64,000 nucleotides of DNA from positions 1,624 to 65,623 of the forward strand of contig CAVPLK010000003.1 of NCBI GenBank assembly GCA_963705985.1. The letters are read 5' to 3'. How positions within the stretch are numbered: the first letter of the stretch is position 1; each line of letters begins with the position of its first letter. Shown in pieces: positions 37,906-49,576 of the stretch. Both the position numbers and the translations under genes were made by a program. Origin of the DNA: an uncultured Gemmatimonadales bacterium (lineage in GTDB: Bacteria; Gemmatimonadota; Gemmatimonadetes; Gemmatimonadales; GWC2-71-9). The notes beneath the pieces are model-generated. The model searched no databases, was not told where the DNA came from, and saw only the letters and a program-made list of their open reading frames with translations.

Positions 37906-38583
37906 GTGTTCAGGACTGGACTCCTCCTGGCCCTGCTCCTCACGCTGCGGCCCTCCGCCGCGTGGGCGCAGTGGGCGGTCGAGGGCTTCCTGGGCACCTC
38001 GTTCAGCGCGCACAGCCCGCTGACGCATCTACCAGGCCGGGCGAACCGACCCTCCACTTCACCGCGCGACTACGAGACCGAATCCCACACGAGCCGTGGA
38101 TCTACTACGCCTTTCGCGTCTCCAGGTGGAGGGGTCGCTGGGGCGGCACGGCCGGGTTCATTCATCAGAAGATCTACCTCGCGAACCCCCCTCCCGAGGT
38201 CCAGGAGTTCCGGGTCACGAACGGGTACAATCTCCTGAGCGTCGGCGCCGGGTACCTCACCCACGGGTGGAGCTTCATCGGGGCCGTCGGCCCGGTGATC
38301 GGCGAACCCGGTCAACACCGTCCGCGACCTGACCCTCCCCGACAACGGCGGCGGGTTCGGGACCGGGTACTACCTCAGCGGGTTCAATCTCCAGCTGGGG
38401 GTCAACCGCCGCTTCTACCTGGTGGACCGGGCGTTCCTGACGATCGATGTGACGGCTCACGGCGGCGTGGGCCACCGTGGACGTGGTCGATGGGCACGCC
38501 ACGACCCCGAATTACGCCCTCCACCTGCTGTTCGGGCTGGGGTGGTGGCAGGCGCCGGCCGGGGTGCGGCCCCCACCCCCTAG
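37906..38583 (+). CDS. Exported hypothetical protein, probable small outer-membrane beta-barrel (several apparent frameshifts)
   Basis: Signal peptide ...SAAWA-Q; beta-strand pieces across frames (PWIYYAFRV, HQKIYLANPPPEVQEF, TNGYNLL, YYLSG, NYALHLLFGLG). Confidence 0.55.
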
Positions 38584-38705
38584 CAGGACGGGGGACGGCC
38601 GGTTACGTTTGAGGGCTCCCAAACCTGGGCAATTCCGCCCCGGACGGGATTCACCTCATCCCGCAGCCTCGCCGGTGCGGCCGACCCCGAAGGGATCACC
38701 TCCAC

Positions 38706-40490
38706 ATGTCCGAGCTGTCCGCCGCCCCGTCCGACCTGGACACCCCCGACGCGGCAACCCCCGACTCCACCACGCCTGACGAAACGCCCCGCCGCTACTC
38801 CGTCCGTACCGACGCCATCATGGGCGCCACCGGACTGCTGGTCCGCGCCGACCTCTATGACGAGGAGTACAGCGAGGACGAGTACGAGCAGATGCTCTCG
38901 ATGTACGAGGGCACCATGGCGTCGATCGCCGAGGGCGAAATCGTCAAGTCGAAGGTCCTGCGCATCACCGAGAACGCCGTCATCCTCGACGTCGGCTTCA
39001 AGTCCGAGGGCTCGGTGGCGCTCGACGAGTTCAAGGAGCCGCCGCGCGGTCGGCGACGAAGTCGAAGTCTTCCTCGAGCACCTCGAGGACCAGGAAGGGG
39101 CGGTCGTCCTTTCCAAGAAGAAGGCCGACTTCATGCGGGTCTGGGAAAAGATCCGGGTGGCGCACGAGGCGGACGAGCCGGTCGAGGGCACCCTGGTCAA
39201 GAAGATCAAGGGCGGCGTGGTCGTGAACCTGATGGGCGTGGACGCCTTCCTCCCCGGCAGCCAGATCGCGCTCCGCCGGGTGCCGAACATCGACGAACTC
39301 CTCGGCTCAGACCTACGAGTTCAAGATCATCAAGCTCAACAAGCGCCGGCGGAACATCGTGGTCAGCCGCCGCGTCATCCTCGAGCACGAGCGGGCGCAC
39401 AAGCGCGAGCACCTGATGAAGGAGCTCCTCGTCGGCCAGGTGCGGAAGGGCGTCGTCAAGAACATCACCGACTTCGGGGCGTTCATCGACCTCGGCGGCG
39501 TCGACGGCCTGCTCCACATCACCGACATGTCCTACGGCCGCGTGTCGCACCCGACCGAGATGGTCGCCATCGGCCGCGAAGTCGAGGTCAAGATCCTCGA
39601 CATCGACTGGCAGCGTGAGCGCATCAGCCTCGGCATGAAGCAGCTCCAGGAGTACCCGTGGAAGGACGTCGCCGCCAAGTACCCGGTCGGCACCCGCGTC
39701 CAGGGCAAGGTGGTCTCGATCACCAACTACGGCGCCTTCGTCGAGCTCGAGCCCGGCATCGAAGGCCTGGTGCACATCTCCGAGATGAGCTGGACCCGCA
39801 ACGTCCGGCACCCCTCGAAGATCGTCAGCATCGGCGAGACCATCGAAGCGGTGGTCCTCAAGGTCGACGAGTCGGAGGAGAAGATCTCCCTCGGCATGAA
39901 GCAGACCGAGCAGGATCCGTGGATGATCCTGCCGCAGAAGTTCCCGGTCGGCACCAAGCTCCAGGGCAAGGTCCGCAACCTGACCAGCTTCGGCGCCTTC
40001 GTCGAAATCGAGCCGGGCATCGACGGCCTGATCCACATCTCCGACATGTCCTGGACCAAGCGCGTCCAGCACCCGTCGGAAGTGGTCAAGAAGGGCGACG
40101 CCGTCAACGTCGTCATCCTCAACATCGACGGCGAGAACAAGCGGATCTCCCTCGGCCTCAAGCAGGCGGAAGAGGATCCGTGGCTCCGCATCGGCGAGAT
40201 CCTGCCGGTCGGCACACGAGCTCCGCGGCCGCGCCGTGCGCCTGATGGACAAGGGCGTCGTCATCGACCTCGGCAACGACCTCGAGGCCTTCGCCCCGAT
40301 GTCCCAGCTCGGCGTCGCCAACATCGACAACCCGGGCGACGCCGTGAAGGAAGGCCAGCCGCTCGATGTGAAGGTCATCGAAGTGGACCCGATCCATCAC
40401 CGCATCGTGGTGGCGGTCATCGGGTACCCCGACGAGCCGATCATCCCGCCGGTCAAGCCCGACTTCGACGAGTCGCCGGCCGACGAGTAG
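38706..40490 (+). CDS. rpsA: 30S ribosomal protein S1 (three apparent frameshifts near 39044, 39307 and 40215)
   Basis: [53 protein letters not shown]1 repeats. Confidence 0.95.
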
Positions 40491-40498
40491 CCGATCCA

Positions 40499-40537
40499 CC
40501 CCTCTCCCGGAGGGAGAGGGGGTCGGGGGGTGAGGGG
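40499..40537. repeat. REP-like palindrome CCCTCTCCC-GGA-GGGAGAGGG...GGGGTGAGG
   Basis: Perfect stem immediately after the rpsA stop; resembles the widespread CCCTCACCC..CCCTCTCCC repeat family. Confidence 0.6.
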
Positions 40538-40542
40538 TTCTC

Positions 40543-40743
40543 GGCGGGGCCGCTGGGCAGGGCGGCCGCGGGACAGAGAAGAACAGCAACGAGGGAAGTT
40601 CGGAGAACAGCCGGAGGGTCGGAAGGATCAAGGGGTGGTGTCATCCATCACCCCAATTCTCTTCTCCGACCCTCCGGCTTCTTCCGACACTCCCTCGTTT
40701 GTTGTCTGCCCCGCTGCCCCGCTGTCCTTCCCCGCTTCCCCGC
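40543..40743. repeat. Long imperfect inverted repeat (MITE-like hairpin) with GCTGCCCC-type ends
   Basis: AGCCGGAGGGTCGGA (40609-40623) pairs with TCCGACCCTCCGGCT (40665-40679); AACGAGGGA with TCCCTCGTT; GGGGTGGTG with CATCACCCC. Confidence 0.75.
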
Positions 40744-40762
40744 CAAGCCGTACATTCCACGT

Positions 40763-42317
40763 ATGCCTAATTCCCGCAAACGTCTCGAAGAACTGCACCG
40801 CCGGCAGGCCGAAGCGGAGCAGGGCGGCGGTGCCCGCCGCATCGCGCAACAGCACAAGAAGGGGAAGCTCACTGCCCGCGAGCGACTCGACCTCCTGCTC
40901 GACGAGGGGAGCTTCGTCGAGATCGACCGCTTCGTGACCCACCGCGCCACCGACTTCGGCCTCGCCGACGAGGTCTATCTCGGCGACGGCGTGGTGACCG
41001 GGTCCGGCCGGATCGACGGGCGGCTGGTCTACGTGTTCAGCCAGGACTTCACGGTGTTCGGGGGGTCGCTCTCGGAGACCCACGCCGCCAAGATCTGCAA
41101 GGTGATGGACCTCGCGGTGCGGAACGGCGCGCCGGTGATCGGGCTGAACGACTCGGGCGGGGCGCGTATCCAGGAGGGGGTCGTTTCCCTCGGTGGCTAC
41201 GCCGACATCTTCCTGCGGAACACCCTCGCCTCCGGCGTCGTCCCCCAGATCTCCGCCATCCTCGGGCCCTGCGCCGGCGGCGCCGTGTACAGCCCGGCCA
41301 TCACCGACTTCGTCCACATGGTGCGCGGCGTCAGCTACATGTTCGTCACCGGCCCCAACGTGGTGAAGACCGTGACCCACGAGGATGTGTCCTTCGAGCA
41401 GCTCGGCGGCGCCGACATCCACGCCGGCACGTCGGGGGTCGCCCACTTCGTCCACGACTCCGAGCCCCAGTGCCTCGCGGCCATCCGGGAGCTGATCGGA
41501 TTCCTCCCCAGCAACAACCTCGACCCGGCGCCCGTCCTGGCCACCACCGACCCGGAAGACCGGCGCGACGAGGCGCTGCTCGACGTCATTCCCGCCAATG
41601 CCAACCAGCCCTACGACATGCACGACGTCATCCGGCCGGTCGTGGACGACGGGACCTTTCACGAGGTGCACGGCGAGTATGCGGGCAACATGCTGGTGGG
41701 GTTCGCACGGCTGGGTGGCGCAGTCGGTCGGGATCGTCGCCAACCAGCCCGCGGTGCTGGCCGGCGTCCTCGACATCAACGCCTCGGTCAAGGGAGCCCG
41801 GTTCATCCGGTTCTGTGACGCCTTCAACATCCCGCTCGTCACCTTTGAAGACGTCCCCGGCTTCCTGCCCGGCGTCACCCAGGAGCACGGCGGCATCATC
41901 AAGCACGGGGCCAAGCTGCTGTACGCCTACTGCGAGGCCACAGTGCCGAAGCTCACTGTCATCACCCGGAAGGCGTATGGCGGGGCCTACGACGTCATGA
42001 GCTCCAAGCACATCCGGGGCGACCTCAACCTCGCCTGGCCCACCGCCGAGATCGCCGTGATGGGGCCGAAGGGGGCGGTGGAGATCCTGTTCAAGGACCA
42101 GATCGCCAAGGCGGCCGATCCGGCGGCCGAGACCGCCCGGCGGATCGAGGAGTACACCGAGAAATTCGCCAACCCGTGGGGTGCGGCAGCCCGGGGCTAC
42201 GTGGACGACGTGATCGACCCGAGGGATACCCGGCCCCGCTTGATCGATGGGCTCCGCTCCCTGCGGACCAAGCGGGACCGAAACCCGGCGAAGAAGCATG
42301 GCTGCATGCCGTTGTAG
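40763..42317 (+). CDS. pccB: Acyl-CoA (propionyl-CoA) carboxylase beta subunit (apparent frameshift near 41720)
   Basis: [61 protein letters not shown]. Confidence 0.92.
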
Positions 42318-42490
42318 GCGGGGCAGCGGGGCAGGGGGGCAGCGTGGGCGGAGTGGCGGTTCGGCAATCGTCATCCCGGCGTAAGCCGGGATCCGAGTTC
42401 GGGAAAGGCCATGGACCCCGGCTTTCGCCGGGGTGACGGCCGGAGCGGTATCGTCCGGGCCCCGCCGCCCTGCCCCCCCGCCGCCCCGCC
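42318..42490. repeat. Composite palindrome: GGGGCAGC octamers + inverted REP pair + C-rich arm
   Basis: CGTCATCCCGGCGTAAGCCGGGATCC (42369-42394) facing TGGACCCCGGCTTTCGCCGGGGTGACG (from 42412). Confidence 0.8.
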
Positions 42491-42577
42491 GGCACCGAAG
42501 GTGCCTCTAGCCAAACCCCGTACACCGCCCCATCTTACGACCTTACCCCCGAACCACGATTCGGACAGGTGGCTGGC

Positions 42578-43567
42578 ATGGCACGAGTGATCCAATCCAC
42601 GCTCCGATCCCTTCTGGCGCTGGCCCTCCTGGGCCCGGCGTCGGCGGGGTCGCTTGTGGGGCAGGGATCGCTCAATCCGACCGTGGCGCCCCGGGCCGCC
42701 GAGCTGGCCCGAAACGGGCAGCGGGGCATCGGCACCGAGATGTTGAGCACGTACCTGGCGACTTCTCCCGACGACGGTTCCGCCTGGGTGCAGCTCGGCC
42801 GATTCTACCTGCTCGACATTCGTGACTGGCACCTCTCCGGCCATCCGGCCGACTCTCCTGGACCCCTCTACATCGATTTCGGCTCCGCCGCCCTGGACCA
42901 GGCCGCCCGGCTCCGCGGTGACTCGGGCGTCATCCTCCGCCAGATGCTCGAGGTCGAACGGGCGCTCGAGGCCGTCGAGGAGCGGGGCTACGACATTCTC
43001 CGGCGCTGGGCAATCCCCCGCGACGTGGCGCCGCTCCCGGACTACATCTCGGAACTCGGCGCCAACCTGTTGAGCAGCTGCCCGAATTCCGGGGTCATGG
43101 CCACCGGAAGCGACCTCGAGACCGTCGCCATCTTCTCGGTCATCGCGACCGCGGGGCAGGCCTCCAGCATCGTCATCGTTGTCCCGGCGTTCTACGCCAC
43201 CGACGCCCGCTACCGCAACCGGATCGCCACCGCCCTCGGCACCGACTCTGCGTGGTCGGTCCAGCACGCCCTCGCGATCGTCGCCCAGCGCCGGCCGGTT
43301 TGCTTGACGCCGCTGGCCGACCGCACCCTGCTGGCGCTCCCCAACCCGCGGCCGATGCGGTTCGTCCTGGTCTCGGGGCCCGGCACCACGACGAGCGATC
43401 GCGTCGTGACGGTGACCGACCTCGCCCGCGCCGACCGGCAGGGCAACTCCGCCTGGCTGCGCGAGGTGCACGCCATCTATACCGCCGCCGCCGGGTTCAA
43501 TCCGCGCCTCTGCGACGGCCCACTCGCGCTCCTGGGAGACACGCAGATCGCCGCCTGCCGCCGCTAG
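42578..43567 (+). CDS. Exported hypothetical protein
   Basis: N-terminal signal peptide, TPR-like helical start (PDDGSAWVQLGRFY), high-GC3 codon usage. Confidence 0.7.
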   Translation: MARVIQSTLRSLLALALLGPASAGSLVGQGSLNPTVAPRAAELARNGQRGIGTEMLSTYLATSPDDGSAWVQLGRFYLLDIRDWHLSGHPADSPGPLYIDFGSAALDQAARLRGDSGVILRQMLEVERALEAVEERGYDILRRWAIPRDVAPLPDYISELGANLLSSCPNSGVMATGSDLETVAIFSVIATAGQASSIVIVVPAFYATDARYRNRIATALGTDSAWSVQHALAIVAQRRPVCLTPLADRTLLALPNPRPMRFVLVSGPGTTTSDRVVTVTDLARADRQGNSAWLREVHAIYTAAAGFNPRLCDGPLALLGDTQIAACRR

Positions 43568-43607
43568 GCCCGCGCCTCAGCGTCCCGCCGCCCGCCATCC
43601 CACGCCC

Positions 43608-45111
<1,504 letters not shown>

Positions 45112-45131
45112 CCGGGGAGGCGGAGGCCCCG

Positions 45132-46373
45132 GTGCGGATCCTCCGCATCGCCGCCGGGGGCGACGGCATCGGTACCCTGGCCGATGGGCGCACCGTCTTC
45201 GTGCCGCGAACGGCGGTCGGCGACCTCGTGACGCTCAAGCGCGTCAAGCTGTCCAAGACCTTCGCGCGCGCCGAGGTGGACCTTGTCGTGGAGCCCTCAC
45301 CCGACCGGGTTGAGCCGGCCTGTCCCCACTATGTCAGGGACCAGTGCGGCGGCTGCCAGCTGCAGCAGCTCGCGCTCCCTGCGCAACTGGCGGCAAAGCG
45401 GCAGATGGTGGGCGAAGCCCTGCGCCGCATCGGGAAACTGGAGGTGGAGGACCCCGAGATCGAGCCTGCCGGCACCGTCTGGGGGTACCGGAACAAGGTG
45501 ACGCTCGCCGTGGCCGAAGGGGCGCGCCAGGTCGGGTTCCATCGACAGGGGCGGGCGGGGGACATCTTCGATCTCGAGCGGTGCCTGATTGCGGATCCCG
45601 CGCTGATGGATCTCTGGACGGCGGTCCGCGAACACCGCGCCCTGCTTCCCGACAACGCCGAGCAGATCGTGCTGCGCCGTGACCGCGCTGGTGGCCTCCA
45701 CCTCACCGTCCGGGTGCGCGGCCAGACGGTCTGGCGCTCGGCGACGCTGCTCCATGTGGCGCTGGTGCGGCGCGGAGTGCCGGCAGTGCTCTGGTGGGTC
45801 CCGGAGGAGGGGGCGCCGCGCGCGGTGGCCGGAGCCGGGGAGCCGTATCCCGCCGCGGTGTTTGAGCAGGTCCATCCGGCCATGGGGGATCGGGTCCGGT
45901 CGTGGGCGCTCGGACAGCTGGGGGAGTGGGCGGGCAGCACGGCGTGGGATCTCTACGCCGGTGTCGGGGAGACGTCGGCGCTGCTGGCTGCAGGCGGGGC
46001 CACGGTCGACAGCGTGGAAGTGGAGGCGCGGGCGGTCATCGAGGCGACCAGGCGGGGCCCCGAACAGGGGGTGCGCCGCCACGCGGGTCGCGCCGAAGAT
46101 GTGGTGCCGTCGCTCAAGCCGGCGGACCTCGTGGTGACGAACCCGCCGCGCACCGGCATGGACGCCCGGGTGACCGACGCCATCGTCGCCGCTCGGCCGC
46201 GCCGCATCGTCTACATCAGTTGTGACCCGGCAACGCTCGCGCGCGACTTGAATCGCATGTGCTCCGGCCTCCCCGCTTCCCCGCCTCGCCGCCTCGCCGC
46301 GCTGCGCGCGTTCGATCTCTTCCCCCAGACTGCCCATGTCGAGACGGTCGCGATCCTGGAGGCCGACGGATGA
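45132..46373 (+). CDS. TRAM-domain class I SAM-dependent RNA m5U methyltransferase (RlmD/TrmA family)
   Basis: TRAM domain, CPHY...CGGC Fe-S motif, DLYAGVG, NPPRTG, YISCDP, FPQTAHVE. Confidence 0.9.
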   Translation: MRILRIAAGGDGIGTLADGRTVFVPRTAVGDLVTLKRVKLSKTFARAEVDLVVEPSPDRVEPACPHYVRDQCGGCQLQQLALPAQLAAKRQMVGEALRRIGKLEVEDPEIEPAGTVWGYRNKVTLAVAEGARQVGFHRQGRAGDIFDLERCLIADPALMDLWTAVREHRALLPDNAEQIVLRRDRAGGLHLTVRVRGQTVWRSATLLHVALVRRGVPAVLWWVPEEGAPRAVAGAGEPYPAAVFEQVHPAMGDRVRSWALGQLGEWAGSTAWDLYAGVGETSALLAAGGATVDSVEVEARAVIEATRRGPEQGVRRHAGRAEDVVPSLKPADLVVTNPPRTGMDARVTDAIVAARPRRIVYISCDPATLARDLNRMCSGLPASPPRRLAALRAFDLFPQTAHVETVAILEADG

Positions 46374-46903
46374 AATACTTCGTGACGGTGGGAGCGGTGC
46401 AGGTCGAGGTGGCGATCGAACCCGAGGGAGTCCGGGTCGACGGCCAGCTCGTCGCGGCCGTGCTTGAGCCGGTGCCGGGCACTCCACTGCGCCAGCTTCG
46501 GCTGGGGGAGCGCACGCTGGTCTTTTCCGTGGAGCCGACCGGCCGAGGCGAGTGGGAACTGGGGTACCGGGGGGAGCGCTGGGCGGCCTCCGTCATCGAT
46601 GAGCGGACCCGGCACATCCGGAGCCTGACCGGGGAGGGGCGGCAGCGGGCAGGGGCGGGAGAGGTCAAGGCGCCCATGCCTGGGCTGGTCCTCCGGGTGC
46701 TGGTGGAGCCTGGGCAGCGGGTGGAGGCGGGGGCGGGGCTGGCGGTGCTGGAGGCCATGAAGATGGAGAACCAGATCAAGGCCCCGGTGGCGGGGGTGGT
46801 GCAGGCGGTCCGGGTGGAAGCCGGCAAGGCAGTCGAGAAGGGGCAGGTACTCATCGTTCTGGCCGCCCCGGCGCCTCCCGGGGCCGGGGATGGGGTGGCT
46901 TGA
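46370..46903 (+). CDS. Biotin carboxyl carrier protein with N-terminal BT-like beta domain
   Basis: APMPG, EAMKMEN biotinylation motif; ATG overlaps previous stop. Confidence 0.92.
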   Translation: MKYFVTVGAVQVEVAIEPEGVRVDGQLVAAVLEPVPGTPLRQLRLGERTLVFSVEPTGRGEWELGYRGERWAASVIDERTRHIRSLTGEGRQRAGAGEVKAPMPGLVLRVLVEPGQRVEAGAGLAVLEAMKMENQIKAPVAGVVQAVRVEAGKAVEKGQVLIVLAAPAPPGAGDGVA

Positions 46904-46929
46904 CCGGAGCCGATATGCCCGGCTATCAT
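46900..46929 (+). promoter_or_regulatory. Putative promoter of rplM-rpsI-rpsB operon
   Basis: TTGACC, 18 bp spacer, TATCAT. Confidence 0.5.
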
Positions 46930-46972
46930 TAAGGTCTGTGTCGATTTACCCGTTTTCTGGTGACTGGCAGGA

Positions 46973-47437
46973 ATGACAATGAAGACCTTCAGCGCAACGC
47001 CCGACGACATCCACCACGAGTGGCTGATCGTGGATGCCCAGGACGTGCCCCTTGGCCGGTTGGCCAGTGCCGTGGCGCAGCTCATCCGTGGCAAGCACAA
47101 GCCGACGTTCACGCCGCACATGGACGTGGGCGATTTCGTCATCGTCATCAACGCGGAGAAGGTTCGCCTGACGGGCAAGAAGCTCGACGGCAAGACCTAC
47201 TTCAAGTACACCGGGTACATGGGTCACGAGACCCACACCACCGCCCGGAACATGATGGCCAAGCACCCGGACCGGGTCATTGAGAAGGCCGTCTTCGGCA
47301 TGCTGCCGAAGACCTCGCTCGCCAAGCAGCACCTGCGCGGCAAGCTCAAGGTGTACGCCGGCGGGGAGCATCCGCATGCGGCGCAGCAGCCCAAGCCCTA
47401 CACGATTCAGTCCAGCACCCAGAAGGTGAGCGCATGA
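46973..47437 (+). CDS. rplM: 50S ribosomal protein L13
   Basis: LGRLAS, GKHKP.FTPH.D.GD, GMLPK, LKVYAG.EHPH. Confidence 0.98.
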   Translation: MTMKTFSATPDDIHHEWLIVDAQDVPLGRLASAVAQLIRGKHKPTFTPHMDVGDFVIVINAEKVRLTGKKLDGKTYFKYTGYMGHETHTTARNMMAKHPDRVIEKAVFGMLPKTSLAKQHLRGKLKVYAGGEHPHAAQQPKPYTIQSSTQKVSA

Positions 47438-47835
47438 CGGCTTCTCCCGAATTCCGTTGGCAGGCGGTTGGCCGGCGCAAGACCAGCGTCGCCCGCGTGT
47501 ACCTGACGCCCGGCACCGGCAAGTGGGACATCAACGGACGCACCCTCGGCGACTACTTCCCGCGGCCCTCGCTGGTGCAGCACATCCAGCAGTCGTTCAC
47601 CGCCACCGACACGCTCGGCGCCTTCGATGTGCGTGCGCACGTGGACGGCGGCGGCCAGGCGGGGCAGGCGGGCGCACTTCGGCACGGCATCGCGCGCGCG
47701 CTGGTGGAGGCCGACGGCCTGCACCGGGCCAAGCTGCGGGCGGCCGGCCTCCTGACGCGCGATCCGCGCGCCGTGGAGCGGAAGAAGCCAGGCCGTCCCG
47801 GCGCCCGGAAGCGGTTCCAGTTCAGCAAGCGGTAG
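47434..47835 (+). CDS. rpsI: 30S ribosomal protein S9
   Basis: GRRKTSVARV, GQAGALRHGIARAL, TRDPRAVERKK, QFSKR. Confidence 0.98.
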   Translation: MTASPEFRWQAVGRRKTSVARVYLTPGTGKWDINGRTLGDYFPRPSLVQHIQQSFTATDTLGAFDVRAHVDGGGQAGQAGALRHGIARALVEADGLHRAKLRAAGLLTRDPRAVERKKPGRPGARKRFQFSKR

Positions 47836-47962
47836 CAGCAGGCGGCCGACTGGCCGCCATCATCCACATCGCCGGATTCCGACCCGGGTGCCCCTCGGGG
47901 TCAGGTTGGAAGACGAAGGCGGTGGCCGGACAACCCCATCACTGAAGGATCGACGAACTCGC

Positions 47963-48868
47963 ATGGCACAGCCCGCACTGCAGGACCTGCTCGAAGCCGG
48001 CGTTCACTTCGGCCACCAGACCCGTCGGTGGAACCCGAAGATGCGCCGTTTCATCTTTGCCGAACGTTCCGGCATCTACATCATCGACCTGCAGAAGACC
48101 CTCCGGCAGATCATCAAGGCCCAGGAGCTGCTCCGCACCGTCGTCCTCAAGGGCGACAGCGTCCTCTTCGTCTGCACCAAGCGCCAGCTCAAGGGCGTGG
48201 TCCAGGCCGAGGCGGCGGCGAGCGGCGGGCACTACGTCACGGAGCGGTGGCTGGGCGGCATGCTCACCAACTTCCAGACCGTCAAGAAGCAGATTCGGCG
48301 GTTGAAGGAGCTTGAGCAGGGATCGCAGGAAGGCGACTTCGAGAGCTACACCAAGAAGGAAAAGCTGCTTTTCGACCGGGAGCGCGTCAAGCTGTCGCGC
48401 AACCTCGAGGGCATCAAGAATATGAACCGGCTGCCCGGCGTGCTGTTCGTCGTGGACGCCAAGAAGGAAAAGATCGCGGTCGCGGAAGCGAACAAGCTCG
48501 GGATTCCGGTGGTGGCCATCGTGGACACCAACGCCGACCCCGACGTGATCACCGTCCCGATCCCGGGCAACGACGACGCCATTCGCGCGGTCGCCCTGAT
48601 CACGCAGGCGCTGGCCGAGACGATCGCCGAGGCCCGCGCCCAGATGCCGGCCCGCGACGTGGCCGACGATCAGGACGCCGAGACGTACAGCACCGATTCC
48701 GGCACCGAAGGCGATGCCGACGCGGACCGCAAGAAGCGCCGGGCCCGCCGGAAGCGGCGGCCGAAGCCCGAGGCCATTGCGGCGCGGCTGAAGGGCGAGG
48801 CGGAAACGGCGGAAGCGGGGGAGGCCGAGGCGGCTGCTCCGGCTGCCGCGGCTGAGTCGGACGCCTAG
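47963..48868 (+). CDS. rpsB: 30S ribosomal protein S2
   Basis: LLEAGVHFGH, WNPKM, RWLGGMLTNF, PGNDDAIR. Confidence 0.98.
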   Translation: MAQPALQDLLEAGVHFGHQTRRWNPKMRRFIFAERSGIYIIDLQKTLRQIIKAQELLRTVVLKGDSVLFVCTKRQLKGVVQAEAAASGGHYVTERWLGGMLTNFQTVKKQIRRLKELEQGSQEGDFESYTKKEKLLFDRERVKLSRNLEGIKNMNRLPGVLFVVDAKKEKIAVAEANKLGIPVVAIVDTNADPDVITVPIPGNDDAIRAVALITQALAETIAEARAQMPARDVADDQDAETYSTDSGTEGDADADRKKRRARRKRRPKPEAIAARLKGEAETAEAGEAEAAAPAAAAESDA

Positions 48869-48964
48869 TCCGGCCCCCGCGGGATCCTACGTGCCGCCGC
48901 CCCCGGCCCTCAACCGGCTGGGGCGGCGGTTTCACTATCCAACACTACCTGTGAGTCTGAACCC

Positions 48965-49576
48965 ATGACGACCAAGACGAAGGCGATTTCCGCGAAAGAC
49001 GTTGCCGAGCTCCGCGCCCGGACCGGCGCGGGCATGATGGATTGCAAGAAGGCGCTCGAGGATGCCGGCGGCGACATGGAGAAGGCCGGCGAGCTGCTCC
49101 GTGCCAAGGGGATCGCGAAGGCGGAGAAGCGGGCCGGCCGGAGCGCCAGCCAGGGCCTCGTGGTCAATTACATGCACCACAACGGGCAGGTCGGCGTCCT
49201 GGTCGAGCTGAACAGCGAGACCGACTTCGTGGCGCGCACCGAGGACTTCGCCCAGCTGGCGCGCGATATCGCGCTCCACATCGCGTCGGCCGATCCGCTC
49301 GCCGTCAATCCGGAAGACCTCGATCCGGAACTGGTGGAGCGCGAGCGCCGGATCGCGGAGCAGCAGGTGGCGGAGGAGGGCAAGCCCGAGGCCATCCGTG
49401 CCAAGATCGTCGAGGGCAAGCTGAAGAAGTTCGTGGCGGAGCGGACCCTGCTGGAGCAGCCGTTCGTCAAGGACGACAGCAAGACGATCGGGCAGCTGGT
49501 CAAGGAAGTCTCGGGCAAGCTCGGCGAGGCCGTCGTGGTCCGCCGCTTTGCGCGCTTCAAGATCGGGGAAGACTGA
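48965..49576 (+). CDS. tsf: Elongation factor Ts (short form)
   Basis: [41 protein letters not shown]. Confidence 0.97.
   Translation: MTTKTKAISAKDVAELRARTGAGMMDCKKALEDAGGDMEKAGELLRAKGIAKAEKRAGRSASQGLVVNYMHHNGQVGVLVELNSETDFVARTEDFAQLARDIALHIASADPLAVNPEDLDPELVERERRIAEQQVAEEGKPEAIRAKIVEGKLKKFVAERTLLEQPFVKDDSKTIGQLVKEVSGKLGEAVVVRRFARFKIGED

Noticed and set aside
39359-41818. 819-aa apparent S1-carboxyltransferase fusion
   Set aside because: The frameshift near 40215 reads through the intergenic repeats; rpsA ends at 40490 and pccB starts at 40763.
48965-49576. Truncated EF-Ts
   Set aside because: The roughly 200-aa form is an established natural variant (e.g. Thermus, cyanobacteria), and both termini are intact.
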